Source: a virus (taxonomy: Duplodnaviria > Heunggongvirae > Uroviricota > Caudoviricetes). From it: DNA of 37,577 nt. The notes beneath the pieces are model-generated. The model ran no database searches. It was not told where the DNA came from and was given only the letters and a program-made list of their open reading frames with translations. Position numbers and translations under genes: made by a program. Where the stretch lies: IMG/VR virus record IMGVR_UViG_2529292717_000013. One strand, given 5' to 3'. Shown in pieces: positions 29,736 through 37,577 of the stretch; positions within the stretch are counted from its first letter, which is position 1, and each line of letters begins with the position of its first letter.

Positions 29736-30248
29736 TCAGCCAAGCCCAAGCGCGGAACGGATGCGATCGGGCACAATGTCCTTGCCGTCCTTCCGGTAAA
29801 TGAAGTTCAGCAGGTCAATCTCCCACAACGGACGATCGTTAACACTCAGCTTGTAGTAGGTGTTTTTAATGGCGTAAGTGTGTGATGTGGCTTCGCCCTG
29901 TTTGGCTTCCCCCATATCAATTTCTGTCACACGTCCGCGCATTTCGACTTCATACAGGTCGCTTTCTGCATCGGTGTAGTATTCACCCGCAAAACGCAGC
30001 AGCGTGCCGTCAATCGTGCCGCCATACTTCAGGAACAGCTCACGAACTGCGCCCCCCATGACAAAGCTCGCATCAAGCGCGGAGTCGTCCAGACCGAGAT
30101 CAATACTTACCGCACCCATCATGCCACCACCCCGGTAGCTGTCGGTTTTGCGCGTCAGCTTAGGCAGAGTGACGGACGTCACCTTACCCACTTCGTTTTC
30201 ACCATCCACAAACAGCGTAAAAAAGCGAAGATGTTTTGGCACAGCCAT
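29736..30248 (-). CDS. FII: tail tube protein FII
   Basis: 170 aa; MAVPKHLRFFTLFVDGENEVG...YRGGGMMGAVSIDLGLDD like P2 FII. Confidence 0.85.
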   Translation of the reverse strand: MAVPKHLRFFTLFVDGENEVGKVTSVTLPKLTRKTDSYRGGGMMGAVSIDLGLDDSALDASFVMGGAVRELFLKYGGTIDGTLLRFAGEYYTDAESDLYEVEMRGRVTEIDMGEAKQGEATSHTYAIKNTYYKLSVNDRPLWEIDLLNFIYRKDGKDIVPDRIRSALGLG

Positions 30249-31429
30249 CAGGCACCTCCCAGCACCGCAAATGCAGGTTCAAAGTATTCATCAGTAAACG
30301 TCTGGTAAAGCTCCATGTCTTCCAGTGGCGGAACAGGCGTATATTTGTAGCGAATACGCACACGCCCCTGACGTAAATCCGTGGTGCTGTTATCCACCAC
30401 GTCATACCAGCACTCCGCGCCAATCAGTTTCCCGGCAGTAACCAGTGAATCCAGTTTTGCCCTGATGGCACTGATAACATCCTTCACGTTCGCAGGCGTC
30501 AGTGGACTGTCGATGGTTTCAAACTGCGCTTCTGCAATTGAATCAGCCAGCACCTGTGCGGTTCGGGTATACACCTCAAAGATGTAGGCGTTCGTTTCCG
30601 GTGTGCGGTTGCCCCAGAAGCGGAACCCGTTGCGACGAATAATGGTCGTGATTTCTTTGTTGTTGAGGCTGTTGGCATCGCTGTCTTCGGCCTGCAACGA
30701 CCAGAACACATGCCTCGACATCCCCAGCACATTTTTAACCGGAACGTTGGACAGCGATTTGTGCCAGCCCTGCTCATGGTCAATGTACGCACGAAGGCCG
30801 CACGCATAAGCAGGCGCGGGGAACGTTTCGTTTTCGCCACTTTTCGGGTTGTAGGCGATGAAGTCCGGCCATAAGAGCATCACCTCACGTTCGTTGAATT
30901 TCTGGCGGTAGGTAATCGCTTCAGCCATCGTGTTACAGCCGTGACATGAGGCATACACAAATGCGCGCAGTTTACCCGCAATCACGCACAGGGATTTTGT
31001 CACCGCCTCCGTGTCCAGCTCCGGCGCGGCCAGAATACGCGGACGGTATCCGATGCTTTCATCCTGCTCTGCAACAAGCAGCGCATACATCCCCGTATAG
31101 CTGCCGTCATCCTCAGAACCACCGATAACCAGTTGATCCTGCGTTTTCGTCTTCTTCTTTGTGTTCAGCCACGCGAACGACGATCACCTTTGTGCTCACC
31201 TGGTCTGCGATGGCCTTAAGCGCACGATAAAGCGTCCCCGTTGTCCGCATTTTCCCAGCACGTCATTGACGCGGGTCAGCAGTGTGGGCTTGTTCAGCGG
31301 GAACAGCTTCGCGTCCGCATCATCCGCCGTTGCCACGATACCGATAACGCTGGAATCAACATCGTTAATCGCTGTTACCAGGTCGGTATTTTCCGTAACA
31401 CGGGCACCATGAAAACGAGTTTCACTCAT
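30248..31429 (-). pseudogene. FI: tail sheath protein FI; compensating pair of frame changes at about 31140-31245
   Basis: Track ORFs 31196..31429 and 30248..31090 are in the same frame; the conserved middle segment (TLYRALKAIADQVSTKVIVVRVAEHKEEDENA) is in another frame. Confidence 0.85.
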
Positions 31430-31585
31430 AGCTTCAGCCCCTTGTATCCGTTAAATGATTCGGCAACAATCATCACCCACCACGCGCGTAATCTCACCCC
31501 TGCGCCGTTCTCCCGCCACGGCGACAACAAAAAGCAGTACCCCCCTCCGCACGCACATGCGACCATGCCGCACAGGGAGGGAAAG

Positions 31586-32689
31586 ATGACCGACACCACC
31601 ATGCAATTGCTCAGTCAGGGCACAGACCCCGTGAAAATGCCGGATTTTGATATTCTCGCCGAGGGTAAAACGCTGTCCGGCGTGGCAGAACGCCTGATGA
31701 GCCTGTCACTGACCGACAACCGGGGATTTGAGGCGGACCAGCTCACCATCACGCTGGATGATGCCGATGGCCAGTTGCAGCTACCGCCACGGGGCGCGCG
31801 TCTGACGGTTCTCATTGGCTGGAAAGGAGAACCGCTGACAGAAAAAGGCACTTACATTGTTGATGAAATCGCTCACGAAGGACCGCCGGACAGGCTGACT
31901 GTTTCAGCCAGAAGCGCAGATTTTCGGGATGAATTTAACGTTAAACGTGAGGTGTCCTGGCATGATGTGACCGTTGAGCGTGTGGTATCCGCCATCGCTC
32001 ATCGGTACGGTCTGAAACCGCAAATCAGCGAAATGCTGATGGATATCGAAATCGACCACGCCGACCAGACCGAAGAAAGCGACATGTCCTTCTTACGCGC
32101 ATGGCGGAAATGCTGGGCGCAATCACCACGGTAAAAAGCGGAATCTGTTATTCATATGCCGGCGGTGGCGTGAACGCACAGGGCCAGCCGTTGCCATCGT
32201 TCGCCATCACCGCAGCAGGGCGATCGCCATCAGTTCCGCATTGCTGACCGCGAAGCGTATACGGGGGTACGCGCTTACTGGCTTGATCTTAATTACGGGA
32301 AAAAGAAAAAAGTCAGCGTGAAACGCCGCAAACCGCCAAAACCCAAAAAGGAGAAAAGCAGCAGCCGTGAAGGTGATTATATGGAAGGCGCGGAAGGAAA
32401 TGTGTTTGTGTTACGCAAGACTTATCAGAACGAGCAGGCAGCAAGACGCGCAGCGGCGGCAAAGTGGCAGCAGCTACAACGCGGAGCCGCATCATTCTCC
32501 ATCACACTGGCACGTGGACGAGCAGAACTCTACCCCGAAATGCATGGCACGGTAACAGGATTTAAAAGCGAGATTGATAATCAGGACTGGATTATTGCAA
32601 AAGCCGGGCACACCATTGATAACAGCGGCTTTACCACGCAGCTTGAGCTTGAGGCAAAAATCCCGGAATGGATAGCGGAAACAGAGTGA
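31586..32689 (+). pseudogene. D: tail protein D (late control gene D family); compensating pair of frame changes at about 32095-32225
   Basis: Start at the ATG after a GGGAGGG RBS (MTDTTMQLLSQG...); conserved segments in frames 2, 1, 2; C-terminal part is track ORF 32318..32689. Confidence 0.8.
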
Positions 32690-32731
32690 GCAACTTAGAA
32701 TAGCGGCAGCACCACGTTAAGGGAGGTCGCT

Positions 32732-32992
32732 ATGTTCCGTTGTCCGCTTTGTGGCGCATCTGCCCGTATCCGCACCAGTCGTCCGGAAAATGATTCAAAC
32801 ACCGTGCGGCAAAAGTATTACCAGTGTAACAACCTGGAATGCGGCATAAGTTTCTCAACACTGGAAGCTTTCCATAAATTCACATCGAAACACGCCTCCG
32901 GCGTTCACTCATCAGAAGGTATCCCGTGGCATGAGCTGCCAGCTTCACACAGGGGAAACAATCAGATGAGTTTGCCTTTATCTCAGAATTAA
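32732..32992 (+). CDS. ogr: Ogr/Delta-type zinc-finger late transcription activator
   Basis: 86 aa; MFRCPLCGASARIRTSR...YYQCNNLECGISFSTLEAF matches the Ogr C-x2-C...C-x4-C pattern. Confidence 0.85.
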   Translation: MFRCPLCGASARIRTSRPENDSNTVRQKYYQCNNLECGISFSTLEAFHKFTSKHASGVHSSEGIPWHELPASHRGNNQMSLPLSQN

Positions 32993-33182
32993 CAGGCAGA
33001 ATTGCCGGAGTAACAAAAAAGCGATAGATTACGCGCGGGTGCCTTTCGGCTGATGGTCGGAGGGAATACCCGAAGGCCAGATGTGGAAAGGCCCCGGAAA
33101 ACATTTCTGTTTAACCGAGGCCCTAACCGTCTAACCTTAGCAAGTGATAGGTTAGCGCCTCCCTGAAAAAGGAGCAAGCGCT

Positions 33183-33323
33183 ATGTCGCAAAAATCGCTT
33201 ACGGCCATCACGTTCTGCGTGACGGCAATCCTCATCATCTGGATGCTGCACGGTTCGCTGTGCGAAATACGGATGAGCTTCTGGGGAGCGGAGTTTGCGG
33301 CGTTCTTACAGTGTAAGCAGTAA
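33183..33323 (+). CDS. hok: Hok/Gef-family type I toxin (small membrane protein)
   Basis: 46 aa (below the track cutoff): MSQKSLTAITFCVTAILIIWMLHGSLCEIRMSFWGAEFAAFLQCKQ, with N-terminal TM and SLCEIR / AAFL motifs as in Hok proteins. Confidence 0.7.
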   Translation: MSQKSLTAITFCVTAILIIWMLHGSLCEIRMSFWGAEFAAFLQCKQ

Positions 33324-33385
33324 GGAAACCGCGACGGGGGAGCAATCCCCCGTCAATCGGTTGCCAGGGTAAGGTCGATAAGGCA

Positions 33386-33396
33386 CCCTATCTCAC
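33386..33396. repeat. left copy of the 11-bp direct repeat CCCTATCTCAC (putative target-site duplication)
   Basis: Abuts the left inverted repeat; identical copy at 34896-34906. Confidence 0.5.
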
Positions 33397-33510
33397 CAAT
33401 GCCGTTCAGTTAGTTAAGGAATTGAGGTTCGATAGCCCGAACCTCGCGCAGAGGCAATATGACCGAAAGCCTGATTCCTTAATGCCCAAGATGAGTCTCT
33501 ATTCATAAAA
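33397..33510. repeat. left terminal inverted repeat of the cassette
   Basis: CAATGCCGTTCAGTTA...ATGAGTCTCTATTCATA; internally folds as TTAAGGAAT...[GAGGTTCG-ATAGCC-CGAACCTC]...ATTCCTTAA. Confidence 0.6.
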
Positions 33511-33732
33511 GCGCTTAACTACTCGACATTGGCGGTGTATCCCCCGCATTGTCTGAATGCCGCCTCTTACCTTTCGCGGTCAACTGACGACTTCTAGTTC
33601 TAGAACGCCTTGATTTTTTGTACTTGTACATTGAAAAATAACCATAAATTGTTAGCCTGTGCAGTAGACTCAGTGGCGGTAACTGGTCAGCATGAAGTGT
33701 AAAGTGAATAACGAAGCTCTAAAATTATAGGG

Positions 33733-34566
33733 ATGGTCATGAATAATAAGCTAAAGGTAATTGAGTTAAATAGTCTTGATCTGTTTCGTAAAGAATTACT
33801 AACTACTATAAAGCCAGAGAAAGTAGAGAAATTACTTAGATGGTATCTTCAATCATATGGCGGTGTTAATTTCAAGTTCGGTTATGACAGACCAATTTTT
33901 AGAGCGCGAAAGTGCCCAAATGAATGCGGATATAATAACATCAGTGAGATATATCCCCCTCCACCAGAAAAATGTAAAATAGGCCGAATGAATGATGATG
34001 GACAAGCTATCTTCTATGGCGCTTATAGTATCGGAACAGCTTTAGCCGAAATTAATGCAAAAGAAGGGGATTATGTTCACATAGCTCACTTTAAGATGCC
34101 GGAAAATTCAGAGTCTGGAATGCGATGTTTTGCTATCGGTGAGGTCTTTAATGTGTATCACGGTGTAAATACAATTTCAATTGAAGTGTTTAATGAAATT
34201 CGCGACATCATTAGCAGAATTGGTAAGGACGACATCCGAGCTTTGCTATCATATTTGTATATGGATGCCCTTTCTGCTGAGTTGCTTAATAGTATCAATG
34301 CCCATGAGGTAAATTATATTTACTCAAGAATTTTTTGCCGTCTTCTTCTTGATAAATACCCTGATGTTGATGGCCTTATTTATCCTAGCGCTAAAATAAA
34401 AGGGGCCTCAAATATCGCTTTGCGCACAGAAACAGTTAAATCGAGAATGCATTTAGTTGCTAATCTTGTGTTTAAAGTAAATAAAATTTATCCATATGGA
34501 ATAGTAGATTTCAGTATAGTAAAACAAGCCAAAGGACATACATCAGATGGGCGCATCGTTTGGTGA
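33733..34566 (+). CDS. RES-domain protein (putative NAD+-targeting toxin-like effector), solo
   Basis: 277 aa, AT-rich; GRMNDDGQAIFYGAYSIGTALAE and DGLIYPSAKIKGASNIALRT resemble the R...E...S motifs of RES domains (recalled). No adjacent Xre-type partner. Confidence 0.5.
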   Translation: MVMNNKLKVIELNSLDLFRKELLTTIKPEKVEKLLRWYLQSYGGVNFKFGYDRPIFRARKCPNECGYNNISEIYPPPPEKCKIGRMNDDGQAIFYGAYSIGTALAEINAKEGDYVHIAHFKMPENSESGMRCFAIGEVFNVYHGVNTISIEVFNEIRDIISRIGKDDIRALLSYLYMDALSAELLNSINAHEVNYIYSRIFCRLLLDKYPDVDGLIYPSAKIKGASNIALRTETVKSRMHLVANLVFKVNKIYPYGIVDFSIVKQAKGHTSDGRIVW

Positions 34567-34726
34567 GCCAAACTTTTAGTTAGCTGATTGAAAAACCGAT
34601 GCGTCAGTTTGCACTGCATGTGGTGTATGGGAAGCGCGGGCTTGTAGTGCAGGTCATTTCAGAAGAAGCTAACGAGAAAGCTTAGACATACTGTGACTAC
34701 TAAACAAGCAGAAAGCCCGTGTTTAT

Positions 34727-34746
34727 GGGGGGGAGGGGGGGGGGGG
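34727..34746. repeat. homopolymeric tract G7-A-G12
   Basis: Read directly; lies inside the cassette just internal to the right inverted repeat. Confidence 0.7.
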
Positions 34747-34785
34747 CAATCCCCACAACAGGCGATGTCGATTAGTTAATACACT

Positions 34786-34895
34786 TGTATGAATAGAGAC
34801 TCATTTTTGTGCATTAAGGAATCAGGCTTTCAGTCATCTTGCCTCTGCGCGAGGTTCGGGCTATCGAACCTCAATTCCTTAACTGAACTACATTG
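34786..34895. repeat. right terminal inverted repeat of the cassette
   Basis: Reverse complement aligns to the left repeat with a few mismatches and one 4-bp indel. Confidence 0.6.
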
Positions 34896-34906
34896 CCCTA
34901 TCTCAC
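34896..34906. repeat. right copy of the 11-bp direct repeat CCCTATCTCAC
   Basis: Abuts the right inverted repeat. Confidence 0.5.
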
Positions 34907-35093
34907 AGCTCTAAATGCAAAAATCCCATGAAACTGTGGGTATTTCATCACACACTGACACTGCTCTACCTTTCTATATGTATCACTCTAAACCAGTTAA
35001 TCAATTGGCACTTATCAACAACAAAAAATCTGATAAAATCAAAATGTTTTGTAACAAATTTCAGCTTGTAGTGTTCCAAAGGAGACGGATTAC

Positions 35094-35426
35094 ATGGCAT
35101 TAATCAAATGTCCTGAATGCCAGAAAGAGGTCAGCGATTCAGCATTATGTTGCCCTGCTTGTGGTAAACAACTGAAAAAACTTAAGCGTTCATTTTTTGG
35201 AAAACTCATTAAATGGGCTTTTATATTTTTTAATATTTTTATGATCTATACACTTTTAGTTGGACTAGGAGGCGCTGATGAAATAATAAACAATACCACA
35301 TCCGATGCCGAAAAAGCTGGGGCAGTTATTGGTACGGGCTTAGGTTTAATTGCCATTGGAGGCTTATGGGTTATTGGCGATATCATTATCGGAATTTTAG
35401 TATTTCTTACTAAACCAAAGGGATAA
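35094..35426 (+). CDS. zinc-ribbon membrane protein (N-terminal CPxC...CPxC, two TM helices)
   Basis: 110 aa; MALIKCPECQKEVSDSALCCPACGK then hydrophobic segments; AT-rich. Confidence 0.55.
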   Translation: MALIKCPECQKEVSDSALCCPACGKQLKKLKRSFFGKLIKWAFIFFNIFMIYTLLVGLGGADEIINNTTSDAEKAGAVIGTGLGLIAIGGLWVIGDIIIGILVFLTKPKG

Positions 35427-35430
35427 TAAA

Positions 35431-36324
35431 ATGAAAAATATGATTTTTTCTATAGGTGCATTATTTATATCAATTAGTGTACTGCCTGTTCACGCAGCAA
35501 CTGAACATAAGAATTTCAATGCAGTGCTCCAGTGCCGAGCGATAGAAAACAATAAAGACAGACTTTCTTGTTACGATAAGTCAATACAACCGACTCGAAC
35601 GAAAGTTGCTGACAAATTTGAAAGCAGGGATCAATGCCCTGATGAGAAAGATGATGACAAACGTTTATCTTGTTATGATCGTTTTTTTTCTCCAACATTT
35701 ACTCCATCTGTAAACTCAAAATCTAAAACGGAAAAGCTAGTAACAACAGAGGCTCAGCAACCAAATCTTTCTGAAATATCTAAATGCCGAGCAGAAAATG
35801 ATAAAGAAACCAGACTAAACTGCTACGATAAACTATTCCCACAGGATGAAGCTGTTCAATCTGAATCACAATTAGAGAAAGCCACAGATGCAGGAAAATG
35901 GCACACGTCCATTACTACATCGCCAATTGATGATTCGAAAAATGTAATTTTATCGTTAGAAAGTGATGATTATATCAGAACTCCATTTGGAGAAGCTGTT
36001 ACTCCCACTCTGTTTATAGCTTGCCGAGAAAAGAAAACCGAAGTATTTCTTAGTTGGGATGTATATTTAGGCCTTGAACAAACCAGCATGCTGTATCGTC
36101 TTGATAAACAGAAAGCAGTTGAAAGAAACTGGCTAATATCTACAGATACAAAGGCTGTTTTTTATAAAGGTAATGATATTGATTTCATAAGAAAACTTGC
36201 CAACTCACATAAAATGTACACAAAAATAACCCCCTATAATGAAAGCCCTGTAAGTGCAACTTTCAATTTAAGCGGCCTGTCAAATGCACTAAAACCGCTT
36301 CAAGATGCTTGTAACTGGAAATAG
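35431..36324 (+). CDS. secreted protein with three RL(S/N)CYD(K/R) repeats
   Basis: 297 aa; signal peptide MKNMIFSIGALFISISVLPVHAA; repeats DRLSCYDK, KRLSCYDR, TRLNCYDK; AT-rich; 4-bp gap to the upstream gene. Confidence 0.55.
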   Translation: MKNMIFSIGALFISISVLPVHAATEHKNFNAVLQCRAIENNKDRLSCYDKSIQPTRTKVADKFESRDQCPDEKDDDKRLSCYDRFFSPTFTPSVNSKSKTEKLVTTEAQQPNLSEISKCRAENDKETRLNCYDKLFPQDEAVQSESQLEKATDAGKWHTSITTSPIDDSKNVILSLESDDYIRTPFGEAVTPTLFIACREKKTEVFLSWDVYLGLEQTSMLYRLDKQKAVERNWLISTDTKAVFYKGNDIDFIRKLANSHKMYTKITPYNESPVSATFNLSGLSNALKPLQDACNWK

Positions 36325-36342
36325 TATATACCTCCCCAATAT

Positions 36343-36385
36343 CAGATGACAAAACGCCCGTGAAAACGGGCGTTTTGTCATCTGT
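36343..36385. terminator. long perfect hairpin (19-bp stem, GAAA loop), probable bidirectional terminator
   Basis: CAGATGACAAAACGCCCGT-GAAA-ACGGGCGTTTTGTCATCTG. Confidence 0.5.
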
Positions 36386-36581
36386 AACTCGAAAATGTGG
36401 TCATTGCGTGGACATACGATGATATAAATCCTTTTATATCAAAAGATTAAACCACTATTATTTTCCTCAACAAGGATTTTCACGTTTGTGTTACCTGTAT
36501 GAGACGAGAGTTAACCGGACAAGTGTGCCATAATCTCGCGGCCAGGCATACTTGCGAAGATTTCAGGTATAAGGATACGTA

Positions 36582-37577
36582 ATGATACAACCTATTTCCG
36601 GCCCTCCTCCTGGGCAACCACCAGGTCAGGGAGATAACCTGCCGTCTGGCGCGGGCAATCAGCCTTTATCCAGTCAGCAACGTACTTCGCTGGAAAGCTT
36701 AATGACGAAAGTGACCTCACTGACGCAACAGCAAAGAGCAGAACTGTGGGCGGGTATCAGGCACGATATTGGTCTGTCGGGAGATTCACCGCTGCTTTCG
36801 CGTCACTTCCCTGCCGCTGAGCATAATCTGGCGCAACGTCTGCTGGCCGCGCAAAAAAGCCATTCTGCCCGCCAGCTTTTAGCGCAATTAGGGGAGTATT
36901 TACGTCTGGGGAATAATCGTCAGGCGGTCACGGATTATATCCGTCATAACTTTGGTCAGACGCCGCTGAATCAGCTCTCACCGGAGCAATTAAAAACCAT
37001 TCTCACCCTGTTGCAGGAAGGGAAGATGGTTATTCCGCAACCACAGCAGCGCGAGGCGACCGACCGTCCTTTATTACCGGCGGAGCACAATGCGCTAAAA
37101 CAGCTGGTGACCAAACTTGCGGCGGCAACGGGGGAACCCAGCAAACAGATCTGGCAATCGATGCTGGAACTTTCCGGGGTGAAAGATGGCGAGTTAATTC
37201 CAGCGAAACTGTTTAACCATCTGGTGACCTGGCTACAGGCGCGTCAGACGCTAAGCCAGCAAAATACGCCGACGCTGGAATCACTACAGATGACGCTAAA
37301 ACAACCTTTAGATGCCAGTGAACTGGCGGCGTTATCGGCATATATCCAGCAAAAATATGGTCTTTCTGCGCAATCATCGCTTTCTTCTGCCCAGGCCGAG
37401 GATATTCTTAATCAGCTTTATCAACGGCGGGGTAAAGGGATTGATCCGCGTGTTATGCAACCGCTGCTTAATCCTTTTCCACCGATGATGGACACGTTGC
37501 AAAATATGGCAACGCGTCCCGCGCTGTGGATACTGTTAGTCGCGATTATCCTGATGCTGGTCTGGCTGGTTCGTTAA
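36582..37577 (+). CDS. flk: flagellar regulator Flk (C-terminally membrane-anchored)
   Basis: 331 aa; Pro/Gln-rich N-terminus MIQPISGPPPGQPPGQ and C-terminal TM anchor, matching E. coli Flk as remembered. Confidence 0.7.
   Translation: MIQPISGPPPGQPPGQGDNLPSGAGNQPLSSQQRTSLESLMTKVTSLTQQQRAELWAGIRHDIGLSGDSPLLSRHFPAAEHNLAQRLLAAQKSHSARQLLAQLGEYLRLGNNRQAVTDYIRHNFGQTPLNQLSPEQLKTILTLLQEGKMVIPQPQQREATDRPLLPAEHNALKQLVTKLAAATGEPSKQIWQSMLELSGVKDGELIPAKLFNHLVTWLQARQTLSQQNTPTLESLQMTLKQPLDASELAALSAYIQQKYGLSAQSSLSSAQAEDILNQLYQRRGKGIDPRVMQPLLNPFPPMMDTLQNMATRPALWILLVAIILMLVWLVR

Larger units (their letters stand above)
1..33000. mobile_element. P2-like prophage (integrase to ogr); attL lies left of the window, attR core not identified
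   Basis: Gene content and order match P2 (int, C-like repressor, cox-like, A, Q, P, O, N, M, L, X, holin, endolysin, spanins, R, S, V, W, J, I, H, tfa, FI, FII, E/E', T, U, D, ogr), recognised from the translations. Confidence 0.85.
33397..34895. mobile_element. IR-bounded non-autonomous cassette (mobile-insertion-cassette / MITE-with-cargo type) carrying a RES-domain gene
   Basis: About 105-bp terminal inverted repeats (about 92% identical), flanked by identical 11-bp direct repeats; no transposase inside. Confidence 0.55.

Noticed and set aside
32880-33177. Minus-strand ORFs of 74 and 62 aa downstream of ogr
   Set aside because: Overlap the hok leader region and have TTG/odd starts with no motifs; likely spurious.
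32993-33180. attR core of the prophage
   Set aside because: The P2 attP core as I remember it is not present and attL is outside the window, so the direct repeat cannot be paired; left unannotated.
33405-33510. Cassette inverted repeat as a tRNA fragment or integrase att site
   Set aside because: The GGTTCGATAGCCCGAACC hairpin looks T-arm-like, but no full cloverleaf or acceptor stem can be drawn, and the two copies are inverted rather than direct.
33397-34895. Inverted repeats as ERIC/REP-type intergenic repeats
   Set aside because: They do not match the ERIC consensus as I remember it, and identical 11-bp direct repeats at both ends fit insertion better than a passive intergenic palindrome; needs a genome-wide copy search.
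1-37577. CRISPR array or tRNA/rRNA genes
   Set aside because: No regularly spaced direct repeats with unique spacers and no tRNA-like cloverleaf candidates were seen by eye.

Overview
This window is almost entirely a P2-like (Peduovirus-type) prophage of an Escherichia-type host (about 1 to 33,000), followed by about 4.5 kb of flanking accessory DNA and the 5' side of flk. All calls rest on reading the six-frame translations and on remembered protein families; no database search was run. The prophage runs from the integrase (3' end at position 1) through a lysogeny operon with two extra cargo genes, an early operon, replication gene A, a ParM/ParR module and two unknown ORFs at the position where P2 carries tin/old, then the Q-P / O-N-M-L head genes, lysis genes, R-S-V-W-J-I-H-G tail genes, an inverted FI-FII-E-T-U block, and D-ogr. 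Many structural genes (A, M, R, V, W, J, H, T, FI, D) have reading-frame disruptions, several as compensating pairs; this is either sequencing error or a decaying prophage and cannot be resolved from sequence alone. Right of the prophage are a hok-like type I toxin locus, an IR-flanked transposase-less cassette with an 11-bp direct repeat carrying a solo RES-domain gene, an AT-rich two-gene module, and flk. The strongest candidates for something undescribed are the RES cassette, the lysogeny-operon cargo pair, and the ParMR plus unknown-ORF cargo with its structured leaders. Custom coordinates for repeats and hairpins are hand-counted and may be off by 1-2 bp.
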